64,000 nt of DNA from Macrostomum lignano. Its lineage: Eukaryota. Numbering within the stretch: the first letter of the stretch is position 1; every line of letters starts with the position of its first letter. A model generated the notes under the pieces. That model did not search any database. It was not told where the DNA came from and saw only the letters and a list, made by a program, of their open reading frames with translations. Position numbers and translations under genes: made by a program. This document shows, piece after piece, positions 61,147 to 64,000 of the stretch. The stretch is from assembly GCA_002269645.1 (NCBI GenBank), contig NIVC01001852.1, positions 84,273 through 148,272 of the forward strand, given 5' to 3'.

Positions 61147-64000
61147 CTAGGTCGCTTTACGACTTGTGCCGCTGCTTCTGGCGGCGGTAGTTTGCTTAGG
61201 TACCCTCTGGCTAGCATTGACGCCTGCTGCTGGTGTAGCACCGCTGCCAGAGGCTGCGCCAGCGCCGCCACCATTGCGACGCATCAAACCGGACAGAGTC
61301 GACCGAATTCCTCGCGGCCTAGCCGGTTTAGTTGGAATCACTTTGCTTGGCGGTGTAACCAGGGCGTTAGGCGATGTAACAGTAGTGGTAGCAGTGGTAG
61401 TAGTGGCAGCAGTTGCACCAGTCATGTGCGGCGGCGGTGGCGGCGGCGGCGGCGGTGGCGGCGGCGGCGGCCTGAGTCCAGCCACGCGCGTGACTTTTAA
61501 CGCCTGCTGAGAACAGGCCGCCTGCCTATCAGCTGATATCATTTGTTGACGACGAACTGGCAGCGGAGGCGGCGGTGGCTGCGGTGGCAGTTCGGACGAG
61601 CGCTGCCTAGTGAGTGAAACATTTGGTGCATTGGCGCTACTAACAGTAGTATTCGTAGTACTAGTAGTAGTGATACCAGTCGCAGTCTCGCCGCCGCCCG
61701 GGCATGTTAAATCGAAGGCGAAAGCGTGCGACAATAGAAGCTCCAGAGCGGTGGTCAAATCAGCAAAAAGTTCGCAATAGCGATTGTGACAGCCTCGTAT
61801 GAAGGCTGTCTGTCGGTAGTAACGCTTTAATAGGGCCTCGTTGCGAGCTAGTTCAACTAGCCAGCTTAGTAGGATGCGAGTGCTGCGGGCGAAAGGTACA
61901 GTAAGGGGCAGAGAAATTTTATTGCTTGTAGAAACGAGGTGATGTACACTTAAGGACTTAGAGAAGTTTTATCGCCTGGGGAAAGGGGTGGTGTACATTT
62001 AGGGGCTAGAGAAGTTTTATCGCCTGGGGAAAGGGGTGGTGTACATTTAGGGGCTAGAGAAGTTTTATCGCCTGGGGAAAGGGGTGGTGTACATTTAGGG
62101 GCTAGAGAAGTTTTATTGCCTGGGGAAAAAGGTGGTGTATATTTAGGGGCAGATAAATTTTATTACTTGTAGAAACGAGGTGATGTAAATTTAGGTGGCT
62201 AGAGAAGTTTTATTACCTGGGAAAAGGGTGGTTAAAGATTTAAAGTTAGAGAAACTTGATAGCTTGGAGGTGATCTAACTCACTTTAGGCAGGCCATAAC
62301 AAAAGCATTAAATTTAAGCCGTTCAAGAGATAGACCGCTGATACTTCGAACAGAACGCAACGCTTCGCTAAACAGAGTGTTGTACGGGCCTAGAAAATGT
62401 AGTAGGGATGATAAAATGGTAACTAGCAAAGTAATAAACACGTCCGATACATATCGGTAATTCTAAAGATATACATTTAGCGGATATGCTCGTAACTACG
62501 CCCATTTTACATACGTAGCAGCATATTTAATAGTACTTTTTTACATATCAATAAAGTCAAAGATAAAATCCAATTTTCGCCTCATATAGGCAAAACAAAC
62601 AACTAAATGCGGTTTTGGCAACTAAAACTTTTCGATGCATTACGACAGAACCAAAACCCGCCATACCGGGTTTGCAGGACTCTTCGATCATCTGCCACAG
62701 GTGAGAGCGATTTTTCACCACTCCGAATCCAAGACGACTACTAGCAGTCACCGCTGACGATGGCGCAGCAGGCGACGCGGCCGAAGACGTCGAGGAGGCA
62801 GCGCCGCCGCTGCCAGGCGCCAGCAACTCGTCAGTCAGCAGGCCGTGCAACGGTGGGCAAAGCCTGCGGGCCGCGGCTGACTGCGGGTCGCCGCCAGAGG
62901 CGATCGCCAGCAGCAGGTCGTTAACGCCACGGATTGCGTCGCTGACGAGAGTCTGCAAGCGTTGTCGATGCGATTTTTCGCCAACAGCACGCGGCGATTC
63001 CGGCGGTGAGCCGTGGAACAGCAGAGGCGGACTGTCGCTGTCGCCGCCGTATAGACCAACCTTAGATTATCGTTGCGGGTGTTTACTTTCGATACATATT
63101 GGTTAAGCATCAGATTGGTAGTTAATTTCAATAACAATAGGATAGATAAACAACGAAGGTTACAAGATGAAACAACTGAGCATTACCTGTTTCGGTATAA
63201 CATTAGTTGTCAAATCGTTCAGCTGCAAACTAAGCGGCCTACGAATCTTCGACTTTGAAGTCGACGTCGACGCATTAGCCGTAGCTGTCGACAGTCCAGC
63301 CGCCGAATTTTTCCTCGATGTCGATCGTCGATTAGTTGGTGCGGACGTCGGCGCCGACGGTGGCCGGTCGCAGAAGGACACGGACTTTTTAGCGCGGAAT
63401 CCGCCGTTACTGCCAGCGCCATCGTCGGCTGCTGCAGCAGCGGCGTCATTGTCGGCGGCAGCTGCGGCAGCGGCAATGTCCGCATCGATAACTGACTCCG
63501 ACGAGGACGAAGACGAAGAATCGACGTCGGCTTCGTCGCCAGCACCACCGACATTGCCGCCGCCCCCGCCCCCAAGTAGGCATGACTTCAACGGTCGCTG
63601 ACGGCAGCCGCATTTCCGACAGACGACGGTGCTGCAACTCGAACTGGCCGCAGCAGCTCCAGGCGTGTCGATGCCGGAGTCGCTGGTGTCGCCAGGCGGC
63701 GGAGGCGGCGGTGGTGGCGGAGGCAGAGGGTCGCCAAGGAAGCCAAGGCCGCTAGGCAAGGGGCCGCCGCCGGCGCGTTGCCTTCTTAAATGCGCGCGAC
63801 AAGCCAGCGGCAGGCGGGAACTGGCAGGCGACGCTTTGACGATCGGCTGGAGTCGACGAAGCCGACGAGGAAGCGGCAGCTGTGGCAGCAGCGGCGGCAG
63901 CGGCGGCGACAGACAGGAGCGAACCGTGCGAGCCGTCCGCGAGCTGTTGCGCCTTCGCGATCGCTGGAACAGCTCGAGCAGAGTGCCGGAGTACTGAGCT
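61147..64000 (-). CDS. RUN-domain protein, RUSC1/2 (NESCA/iporin)-like, 5'-partial; exons >64000-63187, 63060-62667, 62389-62284, 61882-61147
   Basis: Phase-consistent introns give LCPPLHGLLTDELL...HLWQMIEESCKPG|PYNTLF...KFNAFVMACLN|TRILLSWL...RYYRQTAFI...LELLLSHAFAFDL, matching the RUSC-type RUN domain. The frame stays open to the window edge. Confidence 0.85.
61930..62235. repeat. 48-bp minisatellite in a RUN-gene intron
   Basis: About 6 copies of GGGGAAAGGGGTGGTGTACATTTAGGGGCTAGAGAAGTTTTATCGCCT. Confidence 0.9.

Overview
Eukaryotic (metazoan) genomic DNA. It has GT-AG introns, GC-rich exons in AT-rich intergenic DNA, many (CAGA/TCTG)n tracts and private minisatellites. This style suggests a macrostomid flatworm such as Macrostomum (inference, not verified). 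Eight protein-coding genes can be assembled from splice sites and motifs: an Ariadne-2 RBR E3 ligase (4 exons); a Sep15/SelM-family ER protein whose redox motif is altered; a TGF-beta-receptor-family transmembrane pseudokinase with almost no ectodomain (4 exons); an intronless Polycomb RING (PCGF/BMI1-like) gene; a ~1,840-aa membrane mucin with one 1-nt frameshift in its repeat array; a probable TULIP/Grp7-like protein with a BEL/Pao remnant in its intron; a secreted WSC+PAN protein; and a RUSC-like RUN-domain gene that runs off the right edge. Mobile DNA includes CORE-type tRNA-SINEs, RTE-like and I/Loa-like LINE fragments, a Merlin (IS1595-like) remnant, foldback MITEs and a CAT-terminated MITE family with 8-bp TSDs. 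The most striking observation is a ~64-bp piece of the conserved 28S rRNA helix 69-71 region (the R2/I-PpoI target). It occurs four times within 10 kb, twice as cargo inside an intact TIR/TSD-bounded MITE, and the central cleavage site is disrupted in every copy.
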